From: Spirogloea muscicola
Lineage: Eukaryota
Length of the DNA: 64,000 nt
Direction of reading: 5' to 3'
Assembly (NCBI GenBank): GCA_009602725.1
Contig: WELB01000028.1
Location: 523,972-587,971 of the forward strand
The position numbers and the translations under genes are program-made. Shown here piece after piece: positions 26,801 through 40,411 of the stretch (position 1 is its first letter; each line of letters begins with the position of its first letter). The notes under the pieces were generated by a model. The model was not told where the DNA came from, searched no databases, and saw only the letters and a list, made by a program, of their open reading frames with translations.

Positions 26801-29002
26801 GCAGGGACGGGGACAAGTTTAGCCGAGAATTTGCACGGGTGCTCGTTCGTGAGACGGGGTGGGAAGCTGTTATGCGGATACGGTGCGGCAAGGGTAAGTA
26901 TAGGCCGGCAGTCATCACTCACTTATGCGCCTACTTTGAGTGGCGGGCCCCTTTTGTTGCAGAGAGCAATGCCACGATGACTATGTCACTCGGTCTGACT
27001 GCATGCTCCATATATGTACAGGGCTGAAGATTTCCAGCTTTCACGGCCACTTCTTCATCAGAAGTACAGACCTTCTGGCAATGCCAGCCGTCGACTGCGA
27101 CAAGGCCTTTGCAATCCAGATTTCTCACGAGGAGACATTGCTGACAACACCAACCGTATACCTACAAGCTGCCCTCCTGTATAGCCGAGCTACCCTGCTA
27201 CCTTTTACCATCTCGGATACCCCACTAATGTTGCAGAATAAGCAAGTCTAGATTTCGATTGCACAGAAGAGACTTTGACATACTTTTATTCCTTTAGCAA
27301 CTGCCCACTTCATAATCTGAATGAATGTGCTTGACAACTTGGTATTATTTGACGCCACGTACATACAGGTACACCTCATCCTCTGGTGAGAGGAGGATTC
27401 GTGTACACACAATGGCTATCCCGGTGGTTGCAGACCTTGGAGAAATGTATCGGGCTGCTGATGCTGCAGCGATCACCGCTGTCATGTCAAAACTTGGTGG
27501 GTCCATCTACCTCCTCATGCCTATGACAAATTCCACAATTCATAGTCGGCAGGGCTCATCAGAGGACTAGTGTGCAGTAAAGAGGCAAGGTTGCACTGGA
27601 AGCATCGCTGGCTGGCTGGCTAACAGCCTGACTTTGTGCATTGCAGCCATTGAGAGGTGCCTCACAAGCCGCCTGGAGGATGCAAGGCAGATGGTTCAGA
27701 CCAAGTGCATACAGGCCTTACGAGAGTACCGTGGGCTGCGCCACCCGCGGTACTCGAACAGAGGCGGCGTGCTTCTGTTCCCTGAGAGCCTGAAACTCTA
27801 CCCGCTCTTCTCCCTGGCGCTCTGCAAGACCTCAGTCCTGCGAGGTGGCTTCCAGGAAGTGAGCATTGATGAGCGGTCGGCTGCCCTTTTCGAGATGATG
27901 AACATGCCAGTCCACCGATTGCTGAAATACCTTTACCCCTCGTTCATGCGGATCGACGACATGGACGCTGATGTAAGTTATCAACACCTACAAGACCCAA
28001 TATCAGCTAGTCCTGTGTGACACACGAATAGTGCTCAACCTTGGCTTGCACAGGCATTGTTGGACTGTGATTCGATGGTAAATGTAGCCAGTATGTTGGC
28101 TCATCAGCTCACATAGTGGACGCCAGATGTAAGCGAATTGAGTTGCTTCTGACGGCAGGCTTCTGTGGCATCATCTGTTGATGCCACAATAAATTGCAGC
28201 CCATCATAGAATCAACCTTTGCTTAAACTCAGCTTTCAAAGGCTCCAACATCTGAAGCAGTAGCTAGCATCTAGGCTCCTTACTCAGATTGTGCAGGCCA
28301 GGATCATTGCTTCACTGGCTCAGTTGCTGACGAGAACAACCTGCGTGGCAGTGTGGCAAGGTCATAGATGGGTCTGTCAAGTTGCCCCGTGTACTCCCTC
28401 TCATCAGTAAGCTGCTGGATGGGGCCGGGGCCTACCTCCTGGATGATGGGTTACGGATTCTATTGTGGCTAGGGCGGGAGCTCCTGCCTCAGTTTCAGGA
28501 GCGATTGCTTGGGCCAGCTGCTGGCATTCCGAATCTCAGCCAGGTGAGTCGCCTGGCTCTTTGAGGAGCATCTTCACCTGAAATTCTTGGATGGGGCCCT
28601 TGTTGTGCCGAGTGTCCACATTGCGAATGAATGTTCCAACTTTGTGGTGAATGGAGTTTGCCCTCAATGACTTGTACAATGAGCATGCTTGCAAAATGGA
28701 ATGATTATGTTCAACATAATCCACCTTGAGCGCATACTAATAGCTGTAATACCCCCTGCTGGCTGCCCAAGCAGGTCCCCGTTATTCCGCAGGACAATCC
28801 TCTGTCTCGGCAGGTCTTTGCCATAACGGAGGAGCTGAGGCGGGAGAACCCCGTCTACCAGCAAGTAATGGCCATTCGGCAAGGCGAGTCAAGCAGGGAA
28901 CTGCTCCTCTATCACAACATGGTGGAGGACCGCAGCGCAGCAGGTTTGAGCTATGAGGAGTTCATGAGACATGTGTACAACCAAGTCCAAGCGAGGGCCT
29001 GA
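23868..29002 (+). CDS. SEC24A: COPII coat protein SEC24, SEC24A/B type; 5' end lies in the gap
   Basis: [152 protein letters not shown] and [15 protein letters not shown]...*. Confidence 0.94.
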
Positions 29003-30112
29003 GGCATGTCCCTGGCCTTGGCTCAAGCTCCATTGAGACGGCTGAGGAGGGCACCCCATATCAGGGTTGACCTCTCTCCTTAGATTCGGGCACCTTAAAT
29101 CATGCCCGCTGGATCGGTCCAGCTCCTAGGTTCTGCTCTATGGGTGCACACTGACAAGGGTTGCGAGATTGGGTTGCTACATCGCGCACTTGAGGTTGCC
29201 CTGGCGAAGTGCATCTTATGGTACCGATGCCACTTCGACTGAATGCATTGGGGCCTGACATCACAGTCTGACTCAATAATTGGAGGGTCAACATGCGCAG
29301 CAGCAACATAGAGTTATCATAGACCCGCATCTAAACATCCCAGCTGGGCAACAAGAGAGCTGATTCATATGTGACAGGGTGGAGGATGTAAGTCCGCGCA
29401 TACTCGTCTGTCAAGAAGCTAACAAGGTAAGGGGTTGACATTGACAGGCCTCCTACTCTATCGAATAGATCTGCAGTCCTTCACCATTGCAGACTGGTTG
29501 ACTGAGATAGGAAATACAGCCAATGTGTCCTCTCACAGCTCGTAGACAAAAGCAACACCCAGTGGTCTGTGACATGAATGAGAGCTTTAGCTTGTGACCT
29601 GCTCATATGCGTCCTTCTTTAGCACTCCCCTGGCGGTCCAATCCGAATAACTACTAATCAGGATAGATATAAAACGCATCTTGCAAATGACGCTCAATGA
29701 CCAGATGTAAGACTGCTTCCTCCGTCCTCCGTGCCTTCTCCAGAAACGCTCCAAAGACTGCGATGCTGATGCATTGAACCTACAGATATATAGATCTCCT
29801 TGCGAGTGCAAAGCATGTGCATTTGCATGTATAGTAGACAGACCCACACGGCAGGCCACAACAAAGCCATTATCTAACCAAGCAGGGTCAATGGAGTCAA
29901 GGCAGGATGAGGCTCCACAGACACTTGGCTGGGAGCCTGTACGGCGCGCGCAGCGGGACGGGCGCCGCCCAAATCAATGAAGATTGTACGCCAGCAGCCA
30001 ATGGTAGCTGCTGCAGCAGAGACACATTCAGATCCCGCTATGATGGCTGTAGCTGATAAGTGCCATCTAACCTTAAGCAACACGAGTGATTAAAGGCTGC
30101 GTGGCAGCAGCT

Positions 30113-30376
30113 CTAGTCTTCGTAAGTGCGGCACTCGTCGGCCTCGGGGGATTCCTGGCAGAACTTCTCGAGCGGGTCGGACGACTCCGGGCTCTTGGCC
30201 CGCAGCCGCTCGTCCGCGAGCGTGGCCGAAACCTCCTCCACCTCGTCCCAGGCGGCGGCGCACTCCCCGTCCTGCGTCGGGTGCGCGCACGCCTCCTCCG
30301 CGTCCGAGATCATCTTCTGGATGTCCACCTTGCTCGGCGGCGGGCTGGCCATAGCCACCACGNCGGCGGCGGCCAT
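30113..30376 (-). CDS. CP12: Calvin-cycle regulator CP12; transit peptide probably collapsed at N 30363
   Basis: AEEACAHPTQDGECAAAWDEVEEVSA...SDPLEKFCQESPEADECRTYED*: the AWDxVEE core and both Cys pairs are present; no introns seen. Confidence 0.96.
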   Translation of the reverse strand: MAAAXVVAMASPPPSKVDIQKMISDAEEACAHPTQDGECAAAWDEVEEVSATLADERLRAKSPESSDPLEKFCQESPEADECRTYED

Positions 30377-30704
30377 GGCGGCGGCGGCAGCGGGGGCGGG
30401 GGGAAGGCGGGGGAGGCTAGGGTTTGAAGGCCGGGTGTGGTGGTCGGGGGGCTGAGCGGGCCTTGCCACTTATGAGACGGCGATCGGATTGGTGGTACCG
30501 GCCTTTTCCAGGCGCCGCCCGGAATGGGCCGCGAAGGGGGGTTCGGGCCCAACAGCCTTAAAGGAAAGCCCTGGAACGGAAATGACGACGGGTTGGAGTA
30601 CCGATCCTTCCCGAAGCGGAGCGGGGGGTGGCGAGGAAACGTCCGGCTGGCGACGGGACGGAACGGTGCGACGACGTCACCGTTGGCGCCGTTCCGCTGG
30701 CTCC

Positions 30705-32906
30705 ATGGCCATCTCCGCGCCGCGCCTGGCCCTCAGGCCTGCGCCGCCGCCGCCGCCGCCGCCGCTCGCGCTGTCCGCAGCGCACTGCCGTGCGGCGGCG
30801 GCGCCGCCGACGGAGGGCCGCGCGGGCTCCATGGTCAAGGTGGCGGTCGGCCAGATGACGGCGTCGGGCGACCCGGATGCCAACTTCCGGGTCTGCCGTG
30901 GCCTCGCACTGGTGCGCACGAAGGGCCTTGACAGTGCTCAAAGAGGGTCCTATCGTTTGAGCTAGCTTGATCTGAGAGGTTTCGTGCATGCGCTGCTTCT
31001 GAGGACACCTAGGCAGAGGTACCTGCGATGCCAATAGGTTGGCGCTGCTGCACTTGCCGTACCAGGAAGCTGCCGCAGCGGATGCCAAGCTGCTCAGCCT
31101 GCCAGAGTGCTTCTCGTTCATCGGTGCCCGGGACGGCGAGTCTTTAGCAAGGGCCGAAGCTCTGGACGGATCGGTGATGCAGCGGTACCAGGCTTTGGCC
31201 AGGTGAGCATGTTGTTTATGACAACTCCTGTCTGAGCCAATGCTACGCCCTCTTGGCCGATCAACCCCCGAAAAGCTTGAAGCGTGCAGCCGCTGATAAA
31301 TAGTCTTGAATGTACTTGGATAATGAAGAAATTAGTCTGTCTGAACCACTCATTGACTTCCCTGTGCAGGGAGACGGGCATTTGGCTGGCCCTTGGGGGC
31401 TTCCAGGAGATTGGGCCAGATAGCTCGCATCTGTACAATTCTCATGTAATCCTCGACAGCGAAGGCTCCATTCGTGCTTGCTATCGTAAGATCCACTTGT
31501 GAGCGCCTGAACATACATACTGCGCTCTTGGAGGGAATAGCCGTATATGGAGCATCGGCTATGAAGTAATACAATGCACCGTCTGCACAGACTTGCACTC
31601 TCTAATCTGTAGGTAGAATACTGTAGGTAGAATACCGCCTTTGTAAGCTTGTAGATGCATGCAGCCTACACAGATTGGCTGAAAGAGCAATTCAATTGGT
31701 GAAGAGAGCCCTTGTTGAGCTATGTGCATCCAGGTTTGACCTTGACATCCCTGGACAAACCCGCTTGAAAGAAAGCAACTCAACAGCAGCGGGCGACGAA
31801 GTCATGGCAGTTGACAGCCCTGCTGGCCGACTTGGTTTGACAATATGCTATGATCTTCGCTTCCCTGAGCTTTACCAGCGACTGAGATATTGCGAGGATG
31901 CTGAGGTAGGTATCAGCAGTCTGCCAACTGTAAATGAGGACCTCTGAAGAGAGCTGTTATTCTAATCATTGTCCAATAAGATCTCCTCTGTGCTGGTTGG
32001 GGTGGACATGAAGTCATGCATACTAGCTGCAACATCAAAAGGTCTAACGTCCGATTGATGCAGCACCATCAATTCATGAATGATGTACAAGACATTGATC
32101 ACATATCTTGGGTCATTAAGAAGCAGTGAGTTGTGACCCTCAAGGTCATGTGCTAATTTTACAGATACTCCTCGTCCCGTCAGCGTTTACCAAGAAAACG
32201 GGAGAGGCACATTGGGAAGTTCTCCTTCGAGCACGTGCTATAGAATGTCAATGTTATGTGAGTGAAATCTTCCGCTGCTCATTCATCACAGGGGCTGGTG
32301 ACAGTGCTCTTTGATGTGCCTGCATTGATATGCCCAGCTCCAGGGCATTCCAGTTGACAAGTATTCGATCTGAGCATTCCTTCAACCGCAAATGAGCAGG
32401 TTGTTGCTGCTGCGCAAGCAGGGAGGCACAATGATCGCAGAGAAAGTTTCGGCCATGCTCTGATCATTGACCCTTGGGGTAATGTAATAGCTCGCTGCGA
32501 AGGTATAGCTGCATGCCGTCTCCTGACAAGCATTTTCCTGCAGTGGCTGAGCGAACGAATTCTGAGAAGGATGTGTATTTGTGAGCCTCTTCTATGCTCA
32601 TGTGGATGACATGTTTGCTTGCGCCCTGCTGGCAGATCCTCTGGCCACAGGCATTGCTGTGGCTGACATTGATCACGACTTCCTTACCTCAGTCCGGACA
32701 AACATACCTGTAGAGCAGGTGCAAGCACAATACCCCGGCCTTATTATGACAATATATGTGAAATCTGCCGTTACTGTCAGTGCACATTTTTGTCAGTGTC
32801 TTGACTGGCTGGGAGCTTTCCAAGTGACTCACGAATTGTATTTATGACATAACAGCACCGGCGCTATGACATATACGGGATGAGAAGGTCAGATGCCAGA
32901 ATGTGA
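30705..32906 (+). CDS. NIT1: Nit1-type nitrilase-like protein (deaminated glutathione amidase, NLP2-like), 8 exons
   Basis: [22 protein letters not shown] (catalytic E), YRKIHLFD (K), [14 protein letters not shown] (C), [52 protein letters not shown]. An Ala/Pro-rich presequence precedes the domain. Confidence 0.93.
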
Positions 32907-33334
32907 CAAATCTTCGAATCCTCTGAGCTCTGTAATTTTCATACCGGCAATGGTGTTGTAGCAGTATCCAAGTCAACATAGCCAATAGTCAACTTCAGCA
33001 GAGTCATAGCTAGTGCCCCCCTCATACTCTTGCAAGAATATTGCAACCAGCTGTACTCTATCAGACCTTGCATAACTAGTGGTCATGCTTGTACCATGCC
33101 AACCGTCAAGTCGCCTAGTAAACTTCTTGTCAAGGGCCTGCCACTGTACAGAAGGGATTGAAATAGTACTTTGGTAACAAACCCATGCAAACTAAATCAT
33201 CATGACTTCCCGATTTAAATGATTACCTTGCTATATGCCGAAGACAATTTGCAACAAGACGTGTGCCAGGAGTATCTTGCAATACACTGCATGCTATATG
33301 TTCATACTGGCAGTGGCCTCTTCGAGCAAGCTGC

Positions 33335-34750
33335 CTATGCATCACGCCAAAAAAGCCTTTACAACGAGGACAGGGCAATGAGCAAGATGTACGCAGTAGT
33401 CACTAACACTCCCAATCAACAACCTGGAGATAGAAACAAGTCTTTAGAAAAGCGACCGGCATTTAATAAGCAAAGTTACTCCCGTGCATTCAAAGAGTTA
33501 CGCAGCCTGCAAAGCGTGTGGGCTTGATAGCTTCCACGTCATCTCCGCTGCTATTTTACAATAAGAACTGTCAACCTGCAACAGAAGTCGAGTATGCTGC
33601 CCACTCTTGCAACTTTTTTCCACATGTACACGGATATGATGAGAGGGAACAAGCACGGAGCTGGCGTTAAAGAAGCAAGTACCTTGAAAATGTACCTCGC
33701 TCATGAGAACCCAGAACAAGCAAGTCCGCCTTCATGGCAATGGCAGCCATACAAAGGCTTTCCCCTGCATCTCCCACTGCGACCTCTCCGGTTGCATCAA
33801 CCTGGGAAATGGAGCAGAGGCAGATGACTGTACAGGACATATCCTTGTCACAGTCCCCCGCATCTGATGCCCTCTCTCAGCCTGCAGCAAGCAAGTGTTT
33901 GGATCATATCTAGCTCCATTACACTAAAGACCTGCCAACCGGGGCTACCACGTGTACGCAGGGGCCAAACTTGTGGCCGTGACGTCCTGGAAAGGTGGTG
34001 CTGGGCTCTCATCTCAAGCATGGGCATTCACCTGCCTTAGCAAGCAGGAGCTGATGGCTTCCTTCATCAAGTTGTTCGCCTCCAGTGACCGGCTTGTCTC
34101 GGGCAAGTGCACAGCACTGGCAGACAAGGGGAAGGCTGCCAAGGAAACATGTGAATGAAGTCCAATGCAGTTCATGTTGGGGTAATTTAAGGGATGTGGA
34201 TTCAGCGAGGAGGATGCCTTTGACATCTCCCTGGTGGACAAGGCACGTTGAGTTGCTCAATGAGTCATTGGGGTTGTGCCTTCAAGGGTGTTTGATGGCT
34301 AGCTCGTGACGCTGTTGCTGCAGACTGACTTTCACTGAGTCTAGGAACATTAACGTACTGGGTGTGCCTTCCCATTAGTTGCATGCTGAAGCTTCGCATG
34401 AATCGAAGCAATGGGGCTCAAACCACGACAAATAGCCAAAGGCAGAGCGCGAGCTTTCGAGCATCTAGGAGCAAATGTCAACTGGCACCCTTATAACGAT
34501 AAGGCGCTGCTGATACGCTCATGAATTGGGGACGACGCTCTGCGAGCGCGGAGCTAAGGCGGAGTGGGAGATGGGGCGCAGCACCTGGGCCGGGGTCCAT
34601 GATGCTGGGGAGCGGCAGGACGTGGAGGAGGTGCAGCTCGTCGCGCGGGTCCAGCAGGAAGTCCAGCGCCCAGGCCAGCGCGGCGCGGCCGCGGCGCCCG
34701 CCGTCCAGCGCCACCAGCAGCCGCCGGCCGCGCCGCGAGCTCTCGCCCAT
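33335..34750 (-). CDS. Universal stress protein A-like (USP domain) protein
   Basis: MGESSRRGRRLLVALDGG...ALAWALD.LL...DELHLLHV...|VDATGEVAVGDAGESLCMAAIAMKADLLVLGSHERGTFSR|LLIGSVSDYCVHLAHCPVLVVK..*. Confidence 0.9.
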
Positions 34751-34769
34751 GCCCGCCGCCGCGCCCGCC

Positions 34770-35294
34770 NNNNNNNNNNNNNNNNNNNNNNNNNNNNNNN
34801 NNNNNNNNNNNNNNNNNNNNNNNNNNNNNNNNNNNNNNNNNNNNNNNNNNNNNNNNNNNNNNNNNNNNNNNNNNNNNNNNNNNNNNNNNNNNNNNNNNNN
34901 NNNNNNNNNNNNNNNNNNNNNNNNNNNNNNNNNNNNNNNNNNNNNNNNNNNNNNNNNNNNNNNNNNNNNNNNNNNNNNNNNNNNNNNNNNNNNNNNNNNN
35001 NNNNNNNNNNNNNNNNNNNNNNNNNNNNNNNNNNNNNNNNNNNNNNNNNNNNNNNNNNNNNNNNNNNNNNNNNNNNNNNNNNNNNNNNNNNNNNNNNNNN
35101 NNNNNNNNNNNNNNNNNNNNNNNNNNNNNNNNNNNNNNNNNNNNNNNNNNNNNNNNNNNNNNNNNNNNNNNNNNNNNNNNNNNNNNNNNNNNNNNNNNNN
35201 NNNNNNNNNNNNNNNNNNNNNNNNNNNNNNNNNNNNNNNNNNNNNNNNNNNNNNNNNNNNNNNNNNNNNNNNNNNNNNNNNNNNNNNNNNNNNN
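34770..35294. other. Assembly gap (N run)
   Basis: Ns seen directly. Confidence 0.99.
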
Positions 35295-35832
35295 GTCTGT
35301 CGGATCTGAGGCTCCTCACTCGTACTTATTGAGTGATCCATCCTCCCCCTGTTTTACCATTGCATCCTCAGGCCCCTTTGTAGCTGCTCACCGCTCTTAG
35401 GCCCCTCTGAACCTTTGTGAATTCTTTTTGGGCTGGCTTTTCGCAGCCCTTGCCCCCATTGGGAGTGCCACTTCTTCTTTAAGTCAGGCCTCCGGCTTTC
35501 GTGGCGGCGCTCCAGCTCCCCAAGTCAGCTTGTCGGTTTTGTTTGTGCTCACCCGTGGATACTGATGTCACCTTAGGCACCTTGGTTTCGGTTTCCGTAT
35601 TGTGTAGCCCTGTTTACTTTGCCCTAGACTGTGCCTGAACATTGTGTCGGCTTGAATTGGCCTCCATTTCATTTTATGCGCCCCGCGCGCCTTCTCCCAG
35701 TGAAGAAAGGGCTCGCCCATTGAGGATAGGAGCTGGACAAGCCAGCCCAAAAAAGAATGAACAAAGAACGAGAAGGGGGCCAGAGGAAGCCAGAGGAAGC
35801 GCTAAGAAACCAAAGCAGACAAAGAAAGAAAA
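35295..35832. mobile_element. Cluster 2 of CRE-like 3'-end fragments
   Basis: SDLRLLTRTY* (35315-35332) plus UTR; ASGFRGG...VLTRGY* (to 35565) plus a UTR ending gcgcgccttctc; a minus-strand 3' UTR at ~35705-35830. Confidence 0.75.
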
Positions 35833-35994
35833 GTGGGGGTCTTCCGACTGGGTGAGCTTCAATTCCTGCTCAGCCATTTCAGGCCGCAGCTGGGGCAAGC
35901 CCCTTCACGCCCCCACGCCCGCGGCCTCGCGCCGCCGGTCGTCAGCGGCGGCGGAGGCGGCGGCGGCGGCGGCGGCGGCGGTGAAGGCGCGGGC

Positions 35995-38900
35995 ATGGCG
36001 TGCCTGGCGCTGGCGCTGCAGCCGGAGCAAGGGCCCGACATCCTGCTGCAGACGTGAGCTCGCCCAGCGCTCGCCCTCGCCGCTCGTGCTGCGCTTCACT
36101 GCCATCACTGCCAGGTCGCGGCTCTGTTTGCCCCGCTGACTACCGTCCTGCGGCTGGTCCTCGCGGCGGCGGCGGCGGCGGCGGCGGCGGGTGCTCGGCT
36201 CGTCAGGCGCGCGTGGTTCCCGCTGGCGCGCGCCATCGCGGCGTCGGCGAGCTTCCGGGCGACGCGCAAGGCGTACGCACTACGCGGCGAGGATGCCGCC
36301 GGGGACGATGCCAACGAGAGGTGCGCCGGCGACTCCAGATGATACTGGTTGACGTGCTGACAGCCGCACTCCTCTGGCTTCAGCCCTTTGCTCCGCGTGC
36401 ACACAATGCACGGAAGCAGCGATTTCATAGGCCAGTTTGCAAAAGACTGGAGCCTGGAGCATCTCGGTGCATTGTCAAGGCCACAGAAGGGGTCCTTTGG
36501 ACCTTGCGCTCTCACTGCTGGCCACTGAGCTCTGCTTGTGAGGCGCAACCGCTTGAAAGCTCGAAGCTCCACAGGCACTTTCATGCTCTGTTGACAATGC
36601 TGGAGCCAGATAGACTGGCTGAGTGCAGCTGGCCCTTGCTCGTTGTGTGCGGCTGCGCTCAGGCTCGGCGACGACCCCTTGGCCGCGTCAAGCGGCCAGG
36701 TCGTGGTCGGCAGTGACAATAAGTGAGAAGCCTCTCCCGGCCTGGACTGTTTGTGGGACTGAAGGATGCAGGCGAAGCAAAAAGGTCCTGGTTATTGGTG
36801 CTCTAACTTGCTGGTGTGCAGATGGATATCCATCGTGGCAAGCTCAATCGTAGTGTCCGACAAGCTCTAGTGAACACTCCTAGCACTGTGAGCTAGGACA
36901 GCAGGGTTGATCACTTTCACCGAGCCCTTGGCTTACCCCTACACTGGTGCTGCTCGAGAGATAGGGGCTGCCACCGTTATGAGCAGCAGTATTTGTATAG
37001 GCGCTGGTGGTATGGAAACGAGTAAAAGAATCTTGCTTAAGGGCGTGTCTACTAAGGTTGAATCTTTGACCTCGCCGTGCTCTCTGAGCACAACAGCTGA
37101 CAAGCCTGGGAGACCTCCAGGTATCGGGTGGTGTACCGGTTGGTAAACAGCGTGTACGTGCTTGGGATCACCAGTGCAGACGAGAGGGACATCTTCAACA
37201 ACGTTTTCGACTGTGCTGCTACTGTCAACAGAGCTGTCGCCATTCTCGTCTCCACCTGCAGGGGGGTTGACGTCACGGCCGAGAAGCTTGCTCGAAAGTA
37301 CCCCGAGGTCAGAGTTTTCCAAGACGAAATGCAGATGCTCACTGTGGGCTTGCACATGTGCCATCTGCATGGCTGCATTTACTGCATTCGTGGTCTTTTG
37401 AGACACTTGTGTGCACCAAAGTGAAACTATTGTACCTACTGGATCTTCAACGCTGGAATGATTTGCGCTGCTGCCTTGGGCTACAGGTCTACATCAGGTT
37501 GGATGCAGTGCTGGCAGGAGGCCCTGCCTTTCGCTTGGCAAATGCTTATGCCGTTGCACAAGCTGACAGCGAGAGCAAAGCTCGAGGAGCTGAGAGCTGG
37601 AACCAAGTACGACATATATCTGTGGAGCGGCTGGCCAACATAGAGGTAAACCGTAAACCCTAAACCCAAAACCCTAAACAAGTTCTCTCTCTGCAGCCCT
37701 GCCTACGTGACCAATATTTTGCAGCTGTCCTTGCTCTCATAAATTGGCCAACAATTGGACAGCCGAAAGCCCAAAAAATCTCACCCATGCTTTCCCACAG
37801 GAGCGGCTGTTTCAACCCATGAAAGCGCAAATCTTTGCCGCAGGTTCTTTCTTCGTCAATGTTTGAGCTTCCCAAAGAGACCCTGGCGGCTGGGGACGAG
37901 GTTGCTGCACAGCAGGCACTGCCATTTCAGCAACTGGGCAAAGATGCTAGTCAGCCTGCAACTGAGAAGTTGGCAGCAGAATCAGACGACCCATTTGCTG
38001 CAAGCGCAATTGTGCCGGCCTCCACTGCAGACCTAGCAGGAACATTCAAGCGGGATGGGGCAGCCACGGCCTCAGATCCTGCAGCTCTGCTGGCAGGGCT
38101 GAAGGTTTCACCTATTGACAAGGATGCAGTTGAAAGCGTGGTGGTCACAGAGGAGGGCTTCGAGGGAGAGTATGGCGGCCTGGACTTCAACGATAGCGAC
38201 CGAAATTTCCTGGGCGAGGGCTTCGGCGGAGGGGCTGCTGCTTTCGGCGGAGGCTTGGATGCCTCCGAATTTGGGGCGGAGGCTGTGAAGGAAGATGCAT
38301 TCGGAGGAGGCCTAGGGGGCCTGGCGGGCAGCGGCCTCACCGGTGCACCAGGGGCTGCAGCTGGAGCTGAAGCTGCCAGGGACAAGACTGCTGCCGTGCC
38401 TATCACCGAGTTCTCAACAGCAAGCACACGTAAGGCAGACGCTTGTCTGGATCTGCAGTATCTTCCTAGTATCTCCCTGCAGGTAGAGGAGCCTTTGTGC
38501 TAGGCCGTCTCTCATCTTGGCTCGTTGATGCTTAGCCTACCTCTTTCTGTGAGCACTTCTAGCTGATTCGTGAGCTTGGTGGGTCTGGACCTCGGCCACT
38601 AGAAGGGGCACACACTTGAGTGACCTCCTTCCAAAGCTCCTCAAGGCTCCTCTCAGTCACCTTACATTGTCTCTTGCTGATTTTGTGCACTCTTTTGCAT
38701 CAATAGGTGGAGCCCCTGAATTCGACCCTGGTTTGCCAACTTTGTGGATCTCCGAAGAAATCAACGCAGACTTCCGAGGAACTAGATTGCAGAGAGTGGG
38801 CTTGCACGGCACTGTCCACATGTCCCCGCCACCTCAAGCGCTGGCCACTAACAGCAGCAATGACATTGATGTCTCGTTCCGCCTCGAAGGTGCCATGGGC

Positions 38901-40411
38901 ATTAAGGTGATTGTGGCATTTATTGCTCATCACTCATTCATAATCTGAGCAATTTATTGTCAGTTTAGCAGGTTCTCCTTGTTTGCTGTTGGAAGTTTTC
39001 CCAATCCTGATGTAACGATTTGGGCATGCACATGCAGAGAGCTGCTGTCCGAAGTGCGGTGGCCAGCTCTTTAGGAGAGAACGCCTACCATGCTCGCATG
39101 GGCCCAGCAGATGAACCAACAGCTATCTTGAAGTACCAACTCCAGCCGCGTTTCTCGCCAATTCCTCTCCTCCTAAGGTTAGCAGTAAAGATAAGGTTTA
39201 ATGTTATGTGTTGCTGTGATGTTCGTCAGGATATATTGACCACATTGACCTGCATTGACCAGCATTGATTGTCATGTGTTCCAGCCTTTGGGCCTGGGCC
39301 TTCACTCTTTCTTGCATGTCCTTCTGACTCCCTTGATCCTAGTTGTCTGCCAAAGTAGCACTCAGCTCTCTTTATTGTTGCAAACAGATTGACCACAAGG
39401 CGAGGTGACGGCTCAGTGTGTGTCATGATTCAGGTTTGTAAGAGGTTGTCGGTGATGCATAAGCCTTGGACCTTTAGCATGCATGTCTGTAGTCATGGAT
39501 TATTTGGTCTATGAAGCAAGCAGCTCAAGGACTTAGTGACTATGACCTCTACATGTGTGACAGTATGTTGCAAACCCGTACCTTACTGGTGAACTTAGAG
39601 ATGTGGTCTTTACTTTGACTCTTCCAGCTGACCCGTCAACAGTAAGGATGAGCCCAAGGTGAGCTGTTCCTTGCTGATCTGAGACTCCTCGTCTTTGCGT
39701 GTTCTCTTTAATAGAGATGCCGCTGCGATGTATGATATATGGTCACTCTGGTCCTTATACATTTGCCATAAAAGACAAGTCTTTGACACATTCATGCGCG
39801 TCCATTTGGCACACAGGGGTCTGTTTGATCGAGCAACCAAAGAAGTGCGATGGCAGGTCCAACAAATCAAGGTACCTGCAAATTATCATTGGTTGAAGGG
39901 AGATTCCTTCAGACTTTCAACCTGACACTGCCAGTTGTTCTGGAGATGCATCAGCAGCACAGATCAATCTATCAATGACATTGGAGACCACGCAAGGATC
40001 ACGTGCTCTTCGTTAATCAGGGTTATACTCGATGCGAGTGGTGATTTCATTCTTTTCTGTGAAGTGGTCAATCTGGAAGGTAGTCACATCAAGGTGATAT
40101 TAATCTGCTATTGGGCTTTGCAGGCACAAGATGGGCCACAGAGGCTTCGCTTGGAGATGACAAGTGAGGCCAAAGGAATTGGGCTTGCCTTTGAGGAGGA
40201 TGAGGAGATCAGCAAGGGGGACAAGACAAACGAAGAAGACGAGAGACGCAATAGGCTAGAAGCTCTCAGAAACATTAAAGGCTGTGTACAGTTTTCCTTC
40301 ACAGGGCAGTCACTGTCAGGAATCACACTTGCTCCAGCTGCCGAGCAGGCAGTTGTGGACTTTAATAGAGGGGAAAATAATTACAGGGCGGGGAAATTCC
40401 TCTGCTCATAG
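35995..40411 (+). CDS. TML: TPLATE complex muniscin-like subunit (mu-homology domain protein), multi-exon
   Basis: MACLALALQPEQGPDILLQT|REWFPLARAIAA...DDPLAASSGQVVV...YRVVYRLVNSVYVLGIT...CRGVDVTAEKLARKYPE|VYIRLD, DDPFAAS, EGFEGEYGG..F, LWISEEINADFRG..L.RVGL.G, ILKYQLQPRFSPIPL, ...YRAGKFLCS*. This matches the plant TML N-terminus MSCLALALQP..G.DILLQTREWFPP as I recall it. Confidence 0.9.
37654..37679. repeat. Short interstitial (CCCTAAA)n telomere-like/telo-box tract at the 5' end of a TML intron
   Basis: taaaccctaaacccaaaaccctaaac lies a few bases after the GT donor at 37646. Confidence 0.7.

Noticed and set aside
34478..35341. 260-290 aa ORFs spanning Ns
   Set aside because: Gap artefacts; only the USP first exon and a retroelement end are real.
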